DNA of 63,621 nt, the filler included, from Octopus bimaculoides (lineage: Eukaryota): the NCBI RefSeq assembly GCF_001194135.2. It is 5 parts of 4 records of this genome, joined end to end, with 100 filler letters (N's around TTAATTAATTAA, not from the genome) between each part and the next. Parts side by side here need not be neighbours in the genome. Positions count along the whole stretch, not along the records: positions 1 to 5,070 come from NC_068983.1; positions 5,171 to 27,873 come from NC_068993.1; 3 more parts are not named here. One strand, given 5' to 3'. The notes under the pieces were generated by a model. That model searched no databases and was not told the origin of the DNA. It was given only the letters and a program-made list of their open reading frames with translations. Positions 1-11,180 of the stretch are shown one piece after another. A program made the translations under genes and the position numbers. Within the stretch, counting starts at the first letter, position 1. The number at the start of each line of letters is the position of its first letter.

Positions 1-36
<36 letters not shown>

Positions 37-269
37 GTGTATGTGTGTAGTTCACAGATGAGATCCAGAAATTCTCTGTATAGAAGACATAGTTAGTGTT
101 AATCAAAAGATTCAAACTTAAACTCCGATGTCTTTACGGGGGTCATTCCACAAGGTAAGGAAAGGCAATAAGAGGAATCAAGTTGAGCGGATATAGAGGT
201 GATTGTGCGGATAAACAAATTAGACACATCAAATATATTAAATACATCTGTAGGAACCTTTGACCCTGC

Positions 270-3200
270 CTGATGTTTGAAACCAAATCTACCCGCTGGT
301 TGCTTGCCAAAACAAGCGGGTAGATTTGGTGGATCTAGTCTTTTTCATTTACAAAATGTACCTCCTATAATTTTGCTCACATTGCTTTCAGTTTCGGTGT
401 ATTGATGCATCTCTGAATTTTGATTACGATCAACCAATTACTTTATCTCGTAAGTTAAAGAATCTGATGTTATTTGGAATTAAAGTTGGGAAATTTGGAT
501 AATTTTAGCCAATCAACAGACAGCGAGGTATTAACAGCTTGTTACCATGATAACCGCACGTTGGGTTGTGTTTCACCCGCATATTGTGTTGATTCTTCAC
601 ACCACAAGTTTTACTTCACCCGCGTGTTTTGTGTGGTGTGTGCGAGTGATTAGTAGTAGACGGCTTAACTCGTCTTCCTTACACCGCACGAGTCTGTCCT
701 GTAGTATCCTGTCCTCGCGCCTGGCCCGACCCGAAGAACGCTACAAATAGCAGCTGCCTCTCCCTCTCCCTCACCTGGACGATCGCCTCGCACGTCTTCG
801 CGTCGCAACGACCCCACTCGAAAATATCACGAAATGCCAATCGAGGCTCCCTCTGCCCCTCTTCCTCTTCCGGTCAGCTCACGGTTCCGGTCAGCGGTCA
901 GCTCCCCAGTTGCTGACGTCATACCACATTTTGTTTTAATAAAATTAATATTTATCAATTAGGAATCTTTATGGTTTGACGGCCAACACTTGTTTTCTTA
1001 ACGAAACACTTTCAAACTTGGGACACTGGTAGAATGTGTCATACAAAACAACTTTTTCTCTTAGCCTTCTTAACAAAAAATTGTACATCGCAAGTTATTT
1101 CATGTTAAAATTGTCGTATTTCTGTAATTTCAACTAATTACTGACGTCTATTCAGCTGAATACAGGCAGTGCTCTTTTGTAAACAATCATTTTTGGCCGG
1201 TCATAAAAATGTTATTCCCTGTGACATATTTCATCCGGTTTAATCGTAATTTATACGCATATATTGTTTATATAATAAATTACGCTGTGTGTATCTGTGT
1301 GTGTAACAATTTTTCGCTAGTACTCAGTAACACATTTTCTAAATGATGGTAGAGTTTGATTTGAAGAAGAACTAGAGATCGGGTTCTAGAGTTAGGGTTA
1401 GTTTTAGGGTTACGATTAGGGTTATGATTATTTTTGCCATAACCTCACTCATAACCCTAACCCTTACCCTAAAACCCTATAACTCATAACCATAACCCTA
1501 ACCCTAACCCCAACCCTAACCCTAACTCTAAAACCCTAACCCTAACCCTAAACTAGAGTTTGATTTGAAGAAGATTTGGCTGCTATTTCTAGGAAATGAA
1601 GCACTTGGTGGAGGTGCATTAATAATTCTGCCAGCTCCAATAACAAGTGCAGGCAATATTCAAGTATTTTGATGGCTTTTTCCCCTTTGTTTACGAACAG
1701 TCTAGTTAATCGGAAATGTCAGAACTAACGGGGATTAATACCACATACACCGTCACAGCACTAACTGTATTCAACTGAATAGACGTCAGTGATTANNNNN
1801 NNNNNNNNNNNNNNNNNNNNNNNNNNNNNNNNNNNNNNNNNNNNNNNNNNNNNNNNNNNNNNNNNNNNNNNNNNNNNNNNNNNNNNNNNNNNNNNNNNNN
1901 NNNNNNNNNNNNNNNNNNNNNNNNNNNNNNNNNNNNNNNNNNNNNNNNNNNNNNNNNNNNNNNNNNNNNNNNNNNNNNNNNNNNNNNNNNNNNNNNNNNN
2001 NNNNNNNNNNNNNNNNNNNNNNNNNNNNNNNNNNNNNNNNNNNNNNNNNNNNNNNNNNNNNNNNNNNNNNNNNNNNNNNNNNNNNNNNNNNNNNNNNNNN
2101 NNNNNNNNNNNNNNNNNNNNNNNNNNNNNNNNNNNNNNNNNNNNNNNNNNNNNNNNNNNNNNNNNNNNNNNNNNNNNNNNNNNNNNNNNNNNNNNNNNNN
2201 NNNNNNNNNNNNNNNNNNNNNNNAGTTAGGGTTAGGGTTAGGGTTAATTGTTTCAGAATCGTTTGTTTATGTAGTCGGCACAGAATCGTTTGTTTATGTA
2301 GTCGGCTGAATGGACGTCAGTGATTGGTTGAAATTACAGAAATACGACAACTTTAACATGGAATAATTTATGGATTTCTTTTTTTTTAAAGAAGACTAAG
2401 AGAAAAAGATGTTTTATATGACACATTCTACCAGTGTTCCAAGTTTCAAAGTGTTTCGTTAATGAAAAATGTGGCCCCCGTTTTAAAAAAGATCCAAAAA
2501 TTTTTATCTGTTCTATACCACAAAATATACAAGTATACGAAGTTTGAAAGTGTTTCGGTACCAAAAACACTACACAAAAAAATGTTGGCCGTCAAGCCAT
2601 AAAGATCCTCAATTAGAATTTTATTAGAGATATTTTTCGTCAATTGTCTCAATATTTTACATAATTTTCATAGATAGCAAAAGTTGTTTGCGATGTTTAT
2701 ACAGTTTCTTGGCACTATGAAAGTGAATGGAATGTGTGAACTTAATACAGATAATCTGACATTATTTTTGAATCCTGCATGCAAAAACATATAAGATACA
2801 GGTATTCTGTTTCTTGGGATAAATTCTTTGTTGACTAATGTTATTCTTATCCTAGTTCACAAATCTAAGCATGAAAATGTTACTCGACTTTGAAGTTTTG
2901 GAGACAGATGCTCTTTTTCACACACACATACACATGCATTTATATATTAATAATGTACGCAAATACACGACAGCTATACATAATACTGAAATCAGCATAA
3001 AGTAAACACATGAAGACAAATATATTAATATAACAAATTCAAAAAAAAATTGTTTAAACATGCAATCAATGAAGAGACAAAAGAAACAGTAAGATGATAC
3101 ATGTTGATTTTATTAGGTTAGGTATTTCTGTTTATTTAGAAACCTCCAATGAAGAGGTCATTTTACAGACGCTAAACTATGAATTTTACAGGGTACAACC

Positions 3201-3450
3201 ATAAAGTTGACATTGCTCCGCTAAACAGAAATTTTCTGTCTCGCTATTGGCTAAAAATACACAGTTTTTTCGATTTTTAAACCTCTGTAACTTTTTCCTC
3301 CAATTTTTTTTTCTCCTCAACACCATACCTTCATAGCAATTAGACTGGAGAAAACTATATTATTATAGCCGATTTTCAGGTTTGTTACTGTATGCATATT
3401 TTGCGAATGAAAAAAACTAGATCCGATTTGGTTTCAAATCACAAGCGAGG
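270..3450. mobile_element. Long-TIR non-autonomous DNA transposon interrupted by ~2.4 kb of nested insertions
   Basis: Segments ~390-650 and ~3030-3440 are contiguous in the copy at 24810-25584. The ends are inverted copies of tttgaaaccaaatc(g)gatctagt..ttcatt. Confidence 0.65.
963..2608. mobile_element. Merlin-like foldback MITE with central telomeric hairpin, copy 1 (contains a second nested copy ending at 2495)
   Basis: Termini GAATCTTTATGGTTTGACGGCCAAC / GTTGGCCGTCAAGCCATAAAGATCC; perfect 8-bp TSD TCAATTAG (955-962, 2609-2616); TTAGGG then CCCTAA tracts at ~1390-1552. Confidence 0.8.
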
Positions 3451-3457
3451 TTCCTGT

Positions 3458-4479
3458 AAACTACATTTTATTTTCCGGGCTGAGATTCGAAACCGAATCT
3501 AAGGATTCTCGCTCGCTGGATCCACCGCTATTGGCTGACCGGGCGGCAAAAATTTCTTTGTCCTGTCAGAAAGTGATGGCTGGGTTTCCACTCGACTTCC
3601 AACCTGGGTTGTGTTACGGAAAGCTCAGCTGGACAACAGGTGACCTAAATAGACACAAGCCACTCGTATAATGGTATATCCATCCTTCTACCTGGAATGG
3701 CCATTATAAGTACAGATTCCGTAGTCACACTCCAGTTAACCAGCAGTGAGCAGTCACCACCGTGAGGAAATGGTGACCACTGTGAGCCAAGCGACACGAC
3801 AGTGGCAGTTGCAAACTACGAACAGACGAGACAGAAAGAGAACACAACCTAGTAACGAACGCACACACAGACACAAACCAAAACAAGACAAAATGCTTTT
3901 GTATATATAAAAAAAAAATTTCTGTATAAACCAAAAACATTTTTTATCAACGCCTTAATTGTTCTGCCAATTGAACAGACTGAATATTTAACCAACGATC
4001 TTTTTGCATGAACATTTTCATTTCTATGTAAAATTACATTTTCTTGCATGCACAAATGTTTTGCTTTGTTTTTAAAATGTGTTGCACTATGTTATTACAT
4101 CAGCATGCTTACACACACATACTCCAACTATGAAAGTTTATCTTTTCTCTCAATTTTGTTTTATATTTTTTCATTTCTTTCACTTCACCTGTTTTTGACA
4201 AGTGTTCATTTGTTAGTAAATGACTGTATATACATTTTCTGCATTACACACCAAGTCATGCATTTTCAATTTCACACACATCTGTATAGTTCGATCTCTT
4301 TGGCTTTCTCACTGGAAGCGGGGTGGTGTGGAAACTCACCCATCACTTTCAGACAAGACAAGGAAATGCCCCACCACCACCACCACCACCATCCCTGGTC
4401 AGCCTATAGCAGTGGATCGGGCGAGTGAGAGTCCTTAAATTCTGTTTCGAATCTCAGCCCGGAAAATAAAATGTAGTTT
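3458..4479. mobile_element. ~1.0-kb foldback element with ~140-bp imperfect terminal inverted repeats
   Basis: 3458-3540 is the reverse complement of 4397-4479 with few mismatches, and the match continues at ~3552-3592 vs ~4328-4367. No clear TSD. Confidence 0.7.
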
Positions 4480-4766
4480 CCACCCATCAAATACAAAATA
4501 TGTATATATGTATTCATGCAAAACGAGAGAAAGCAAAAAGTGGAAACTATCAGGTGATGAATTTTTTTAAAATAAATATATAGATATTTATATTAATGTT
4601 AATAAGTGCAGCTTACACAGAGTACAAACGACAGAGAAAATTAAAGGGGTGGATGAAAGGTTATAAGTCTCTCGTTTTGCATGTATGCATATATACATAT
4701 TTTGTATTTGGTGTATTTAATATGTTTAATATATTTGATGCATCTAATTTGTTTATCCGCATAATC

Positions 4767-4801
<35 letters not shown>

Positions 4802-5070
4802 ATATATCTTTGTATTAGTTATATAATATAACGAAGCAGGGAGGAATAAAGTATATGCACGTAGTGTATATACTTTACACGAAACGCAACGATCTGTATC
4901 TATATCAAAGGCTCGTAGTGAACTACTACCAACACTAACTGCCAATCGCACACAGTTCTTTGTTTTATGACAATGAGACAGTCCACATTTAGTTTCAAAC
5001 AAAATGAAAGCAATTACATGTCATATCAAGAGAGATAGGTGGAATAGCATGCGGGATATATATATATATA

Positions 5071-5170
5071 NNNNNNNNNNNNNNNNNNNNNNNNNNNNNN
5101 NNNNNNNNNNNNNNTTAATTAATTAANNNNNNNNNNNNNNNNNNNNNNNNNNNNNNNNNNNNNNNNNNNN
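5071..5170. other. Artificial 100-nt assembly spacer: 44 N + TTAATTAATTAA + 44 N (the 12-mer also at 27918-27929, 38641-38652, 60764-60775)
   Basis: An identical 12-mer with stops in all six frames is centred in N runs four times. Confidence 0.95.
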
Positions 5171-5211
<41 letters not shown>

Positions 5212-5394
5212 CTCACCACCGTCTAACGGTGAATGGAAACAATGTCTCAGATACATACATGCAAATAAAAACTTACCTATACATTTGTACAAGTACACGC
5301 AATCATCACGTACACACACTCACATACATACGTATAATCTTAAAGTATACACATATATACGCTTATTCATCTACACATATATATGCCACTATTT

Positions 5395-6361
5395 GGATCT
5401 TTATGGTTTGACGGCCAACATTTTTTTATGTATTGTTTTTGGTACCGAAACACTTTCAAACTTCGAATACTTGTATATTTTGTGTTATAGAACAGATAAA
5501 AAATTTTGTATTCGAAGTTATTTCATGTAAAAAATTGTCGTATTTCGGTAATTTCAACCAATCACTGACGTCTATTGAGGTGAAAACAATTACGCCGTGG
5601 AATGTAAACAACGGTGTCAGGGGATCTTTTCCCTTGAATAAAATTAGTGCCGTTGTTTGTCAACAACAACTATCAGCGGTATATATTTCGTTTGTCACTG
5701 TTATTTATGACATCGTTCGTGCGTTTGTACTGGTTTTAGCTTTAAGGTTTTAGGGTTAGGGTTCGGGTTTTAGAGTTANNNNNNNNNNNNNNNNNNNNNN
5801 NNNNNNNNNNNNNNNNNNNNNNNNNNNNNNNNNNNNNNNNNNNNNNNNNNNNNNNNNNNNNNNNNNNNNNNNNNNNNNNNNNNNNNNNNNNNNNNNNNNN
5901 NNNNNNNNNNNNNNNNNNNNNNNNNNNNNNNNNNNNNNNNNNNNNNNNNNNNNNNNNNNNNNNNNNNNNNNNNNNNNNNNNNNNNNNNNNNNNNNNNNNN
6001 NNNNNNNNNNNNNNNNNNNNNNNNNNNNNNNNNNNNNNNNNNNNNNNNNNNNNNNNNNNNNNNNNNNNNNNNNNNNNNNNNNNNNNNNNNNNNNNNNNNN
6101 NNNNNNNNNNNNNNNNNNNNNNNNNNNNNNNNNNNNNNNNNNNNNNNNNNNNNNNNNNNNNNNNNNNNNNNNNNNNNNNNNNNNNNNNNNNNNNNNNNNN
6201 NNNNNNNNNNNNNNNNNNNCATGAAATAACTTATTAAGAAGTAATTTTTGTTAAGAAGGCTAAGAGAAAAAGATGTTTTATATGACACATTCTAGTAGTA
6301 TCCCAAGTTTGAAAGTGTTTCGTTAAGAAAACAAGTGTTGGCCGTCAAACCATAAAGATCC
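5395..6361. mobile_element. Merlin-like telomeric-hairpin MITE, copy 2 (centre in gap)
   Basis: GGATCTTTATGG...CCATAAAGATCC termini; perfect 8-bp TSD CACTATTT (5387-5394, 6362-6369); TTAGGG variants run into the gap at ~5750-5778. Confidence 0.85.
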
Positions 6362-6420
6362 CACTATTTTCGCAGACAACGGTTAAAATTCAAAATTTTT
6401 CATAAACATATAATATAGAG

Positions 6421-6534
6421 ACGATAAGAAAGGAAAAGTCGACCTCGGCGAAATTTGAACTCAGAATGTAAAGACAGACGAAATACCGCTAAGCATTTCG
6501 CCCAGCATGCTAACGTTTCTGCCCGCTCGCCGCC
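6421..6534 (-). mobile_element. tRNA-derived SINE family 1, 5' part
   Basis: Reverse complement of the GGCGAGC.GGCAGAAACGTTAGCA...GAGTTCAAAT head seen at 10791. Confidence 0.8.
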
Positions 6535-6929
6535 TTGTAATATTTTAATCTTTTCATCCTCTAACTCTTATCTCACACAGCATATATATATAATATATAC
6601 ATATATCTACACACAAACATATACTCACACAACACATACATACACACGTAGACACACACACATACACACGCACGCTAAAATACACATACATCTACCTATA
6701 CGTACATACATATAACTCTATGTACACTCATACGATTATATATAACTACATATATGTATTTTGTTGTGTCTGGGGAGAGTCATTTTCTTATTGTGCCTTA
6801 AAATTTAACACACTTACCGTTAAAATCTTGCAAACCAAATCCAAAAACGAAATACATATGTGTATTTCAGTATCATGCATCTCAACACGTATGTATGGAT
6901 TTCTACATGTAAATGAGAGAAAGGGATGG

Positions 6930-7286
6930 TTATAGAGGGGTACTCCCGAGTGGAATCTGGGTGTTACCCCATTCGGATTTACGGTTGAGAGTGGGTTTGT
7001 ATTTTTGCATACAGACAGCTTCAGTGACTTGTCTCAGCATTGCATCAGTGGGATGTGTAGATAAGATGTCTGACTTAAGTCTCCCTGAGGAGCCATTGTG
7101 ACAGTCTACAGCATACTGATAGAAGATGGAGTTGGGCTTCTTTTTTTTAATGTAGTTGTCCAGATGTTCTTTGAACCAATCACTGATGCTCCTAGAAGTC
7201 TCACCATTATATGACTCTGGGATAATCGCGCAAGTCCCTTCTTGGAAATTGATCTCGTATACAGTGTTTTTCTTTTTACAGTTCAT
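6930..7286 (-). mobile_element. Penelope-like retroelement C-terminal GIY-YIG endonuclease remnant
   Basis: Translation NTVYEIN..SYNGETSRSISDWFKEH..YQYAVDCH..LRQVTEAVCMQKYKPTLNRKSEWG fits the PLE GIY-YIG pattern (VY-I-C..YIGET-R...R-EH, E..I....P-LN). Decayed; no RT upstream. Confidence 0.75.
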
Positions 7287-7536
7287 ATGTGGGTTTGTAG
7301 AACATACTGCACTATTATTCTGACACGTGATTCTATCAAATGGGTATGATTTACTTGATACAGATTTTCATTTAGCACACGATCCCAGATCAGGTCACTT
7401 GCTATGCAAGTACATCCACGTATATATATATATACATATATATAGGAGAATGTACGATAAAAATCAACAACAGACGAGGACATGTGGTGTAAACAACAAA
7501 AGGATGTATTAGTTTGACGCTCGGGAATACAGAAAG

Positions 7537-7573
7537 TCTTTAACGTTTCGAGCTACGCTCTTCAACAGAAAGA
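7537..7573 (-). ncRNA. Minimal type I hammerhead-ribozyme-like motif (A6U core variant)
   Basis: Minus strand reads TCTTT-CTGTTGAA-GAGC gta GCTC-GAA-ACGT-T-AAAGA: 5-bp stem I, 4-bp stem II, palindromic ACGT stem III, UH triplet GUU. Confidence 0.6.
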
Positions 7574-8419
7574 ATACGGAGCCAGAATGAAAGAAGGTAG
7601 AATCCAGAAGTTCGTGTTTGATGAGTGGAGACAGGATTAGCTGGTGCGACCACGTGAGCGTGTATTATATGTGGGAGAATGTACGAAAAAAAACATCAGG
7701 CGAGGACAGGTGGTGTAAACAACAAAAGGATGTATTATACATGCATACACACAGGCATGTATAAATATATACATACACAAACACACATTTCATGTGTGCG
7801 TGTTTTGCGGGTGGGTGTATTGCATCCATTTACCCAGCATGACCGAAGAGTGAAAAAAGATCGATTTGCAGTCAAGAAGAATCCTGGTGTCTGGTATCTT
7901 GGAGTCACTTACCATAGCCCTGGATCGATTTTTGTACCTTGTGAGTAAAAGTGGGTAGATGGAAATTATGTACAAGCCCGTTGGGTGGATTCTACCAGTA
8001 CTGATTCGACCAGAGAAATACATTATAGATCATTATAGGACATTATATACTCAGTTACTTACATGTTAGTTCAATGCCCAGGACTTTCAGTTGGTGGAAC
8101 AATTCAATATTCATCCTTGAAAGCAACGGAGATCCATGATCCATTTACGTTTGATATTTTATGTTCCCTAAAGTATTATGTAGTCGTTCGGTAAATGGAC
8201 TTTCATTTCCGTTTCCAACAATGGAAATTACGGCTCGACAAACGCAGAAAAAAAACAAAAAAAAGCTGCTGAAAAATAAATTGAAGGGAAGAGGAAGTGT
8301 TCTTTCTTTTTCTTTCTTTCTTTGCAAAATCATTATCTCCGTTTCTGGAAACAACATAAAAGATCTGAAGAAATTTGGGCGGGGATGGTTGGAATGACTC
8401 TGTGGCACATCTGCTTAGA

Positions 8420-8820
8420 CTAGTGGTTCTCAACCGAGGTTCATATGACCCCTTGCGATTCATATAAGATTTGGGTTGAGGGCACACAAGCAAAATAGTA
8501 AATAACTGGGCCACAATAGTATTTTAGCGAAGCACAAAGAAGCCAACACCATTTTAAAACAGCGAGATCTCGTCAACTTCTACAGGTCTATGAAAGATTT
8601 TGCTTTAGATATATTTAATGCAAGAAACAGGTTTTTTTCTCTAACGTTTTACATAGTTCAGCCTGCATAAGCTAATGTGTGATAAATAAAATAGGAATTT
8701 TGAGAGAAGTATCTATAAAACTAATTTTTAAACAATGAATGGCTAGGGGATGGGGGTCACCACAATAAAATAGCTATCAAAAGGGTCCATAGATATTTAA
8801 AAAATGGTTGAGAATCATTG
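8420..8820. mobile_element. hAT (Charlie-like) MITE, ~400 bp
   Basis: Termini (c)tagtggttctcaacc / ggttgagaatcattg; flanks tgcttaga / ggtttaga resemble an 8-bp TSD; related to 63268-63614 in the opposite orientation. Confidence 0.7.
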
Positions 8821-9617
8821 GGTTTAGACTGGGGGTGGAGTGATATGATCAACTGAAACTTTTAATGGTAAATTGTCTAACACAGGCTTCTACACACTTT
8901 CCATTTCCTGATTTCCGTCACTCAATTCATTCAAGTTTGAATCAACATCAGACTACGGTAGGAGATGCTTGCTCGGTACCGCATGAGATCGAACTTGTGA
9001 CCCAGTAATCACGAAACAAACGTCTTAACTATTCAATCAACGACAGTAATACAAGCAAAAAGACACAGAACTAAATAAGACAAGAAGGTAGATAGAAAGA
9101 AAGAAACAAACAAACAAACAAACAAACAAACAAAGAGAAGCCCCCCCACTTGTCAATTGTTATCTTCTTCCNNNNNNNNNNNNNNNNNNNNNNNNNNNNN
9201 NNNNNNNNNNNNNNNNNNNNNNNNNNNNNNNNNNNNNNNNNNNNNNNNNNNNNNNNNNNNNNNNNNNNNNNNNNNNNNNNNNNNNNNNNNNNNNNNNNNN
9301 NNNNNNNNNNNNNNNNNNNNNNNNNNNNNNNNNNNNNNNNNNNNNNNNNNNNNNNNNNNNNNNNNNNNNNNNNNNNNNNNNNNNNNNNNNNNNNNTGTAT
9401 GTTGTCTTCGGTAAATATTTATATCTACTTCGTACATACACGTATTTATATAAATATATTACTTTTTTAATCGGCAGAGGCCGAGAGTTTCGTCATGGCA
9501 CTTAGCAATCGTTTCTAACTTTCTGATGTTTAAAAATAAAAGCAAAATTATTTAGATATATACTCATGTTCTTTCTTCTACCAAACCTGTAATATATTTA
9601 TTATTTATATGTATTTA

Positions 9618-9691
<74 letters not shown>

Positions 9692-10790
9692 GCTTGTCGG
9701 TGTGGCTGTCCGATGGTGTTTTGCTTAATTTCTTAATTTACTCATTTTTTTACCCTTTATTTATTTATTTATTCATTCTGTTCATTGTATGTGAAGCTGT
9801 TTTAATGTAATTTTAGGATTTGTTTTTACTCCACAGACACATAACACCGTTAATATTTTGGGTTTTCGGGGTCGTGTACAAGCATATAATTTGTACGTCG
9901 CTGGTGTGATATAAGAAACCAAATAACTACTGTAATTGTGTGGTTAGTCACAGATCAGTCCTGATCGCACAAATTTGTGATCAGAAGCATTTAATCTATC
10001 AACACCCTGTCTTTTTTCTTTCTTCCCCCACCACCTATGCTGGAGAGCCGTCTAAAACAACATTATAGACTCCTGTTAAAAACAATATACCCTGGGACCT
10101 ATACTATTTATCTATTGATAGGGGCCACAATATACATAGATTAGCATTGAACCCCTAAAACCGTGGGATCTCCCGGACAACTGTTCCGTGTGCCCGTAGC
10201 TTTAAAGACTGCGCTGATGTTAAGAGAATTTGTCATTTGTATCTCGTTAAAGAGTGTGTGTATTCAACAACAAAAGTTCAACAACAATTGCTTACTTTGA
10301 CGAGTTGAGTCTGCATTATTTTGAATGATCGTGTTCACTACATATATGACTGTATGTGTACCTCTGTACACACACATATGTACACCTTTTAACGTTATTT
10401 TGAGTTGTTAATTTTCTCTAAAGACTCTATATTCTTGCCAGGTATGACTTTTCTAATATGAAAATGAATGTAGCCATTCCGTCATCACCGTGTTTAGTTG
10501 GAGAAGGTCTAAAGATGAAGCTGGCGGGAGGGTACCGTCGTATCCAGTTTGCGGACACAAATCGAAATTTTGAGACGACTTTTGCAGGCTGGGATAGTAA
10601 TTTTTCAATATTTATTTTAGGTTGAGGTCTCACAGTACTGCATTTGCGCCATCGGTTTAATGTCATTATTGAATATTCTCGTTGTTTAAACAGTGTAATA
10701 TGAAGATACACTTGTCTTCTCTATGTTACCTTTTTAGCACAAGAAGCGAACGTCATTCCATCTATGTACAATATTAAAATATTACAAGGT

Positions 10791-11180
10791 GGCGAGCTGA
10801 CAGAAACGTTAACACGCCGGGTGAAATGCTTAGCGGTATTTCGTCTGTCGTTACGTTCTGAGTTCAAATTCCTCCGAGGTCGACTTTGCCTTTCATCCTT
10901 TCGGGGTCGATTAAATAAGTACCAGTTACGCACTGGGGTCGATATAATCCGTTTGTCTGTCTTTGTTTGTCCCCTCTGCGTATAGCCCCTTGTGGGCAAT
11001 AACGAAATAGGTATTTCGTCTGTTTTTACGTTCAGAGTTCAAATTTCGCCGAGGTCGACTTTGCCTTTCATCCTTTCGGGGTCGATAAATTAAGTACCAG
11101 TTGCGTACTGGGGTCGATCTAATCGACTGCTCCCCTCCCCAAAAATCTCGGGCCTTGTGCCTAGAGTAGAAAGAATATTT
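10791..11180 (+). mobile_element. tRNA-derived SINE family 1, dimer (full copy plus 5'-truncated copy)
   Basis: A-box-like GCTGACAGAAACGTTAA and B-box GAGTTCAAATTCC. The body repeats from 11010 with a different tail. Many copies occur in the window. Confidence 0.85.

Noticed and set aside
1390-1552. TTAGGG/CCCTAA tracts as a true chromosome end or ancestral chromosome fusion
   Set aside because: They recur inside TIR- and TSD-bounded copies of one MITE family (also ~2224, ~5750, ~21355-21505).
5115-5126. TTAATTAATTAA as a biological motif
   Set aside because: It is always centred in a 44N+12+44N block, so it is an assembly spacer with six-frame stops.
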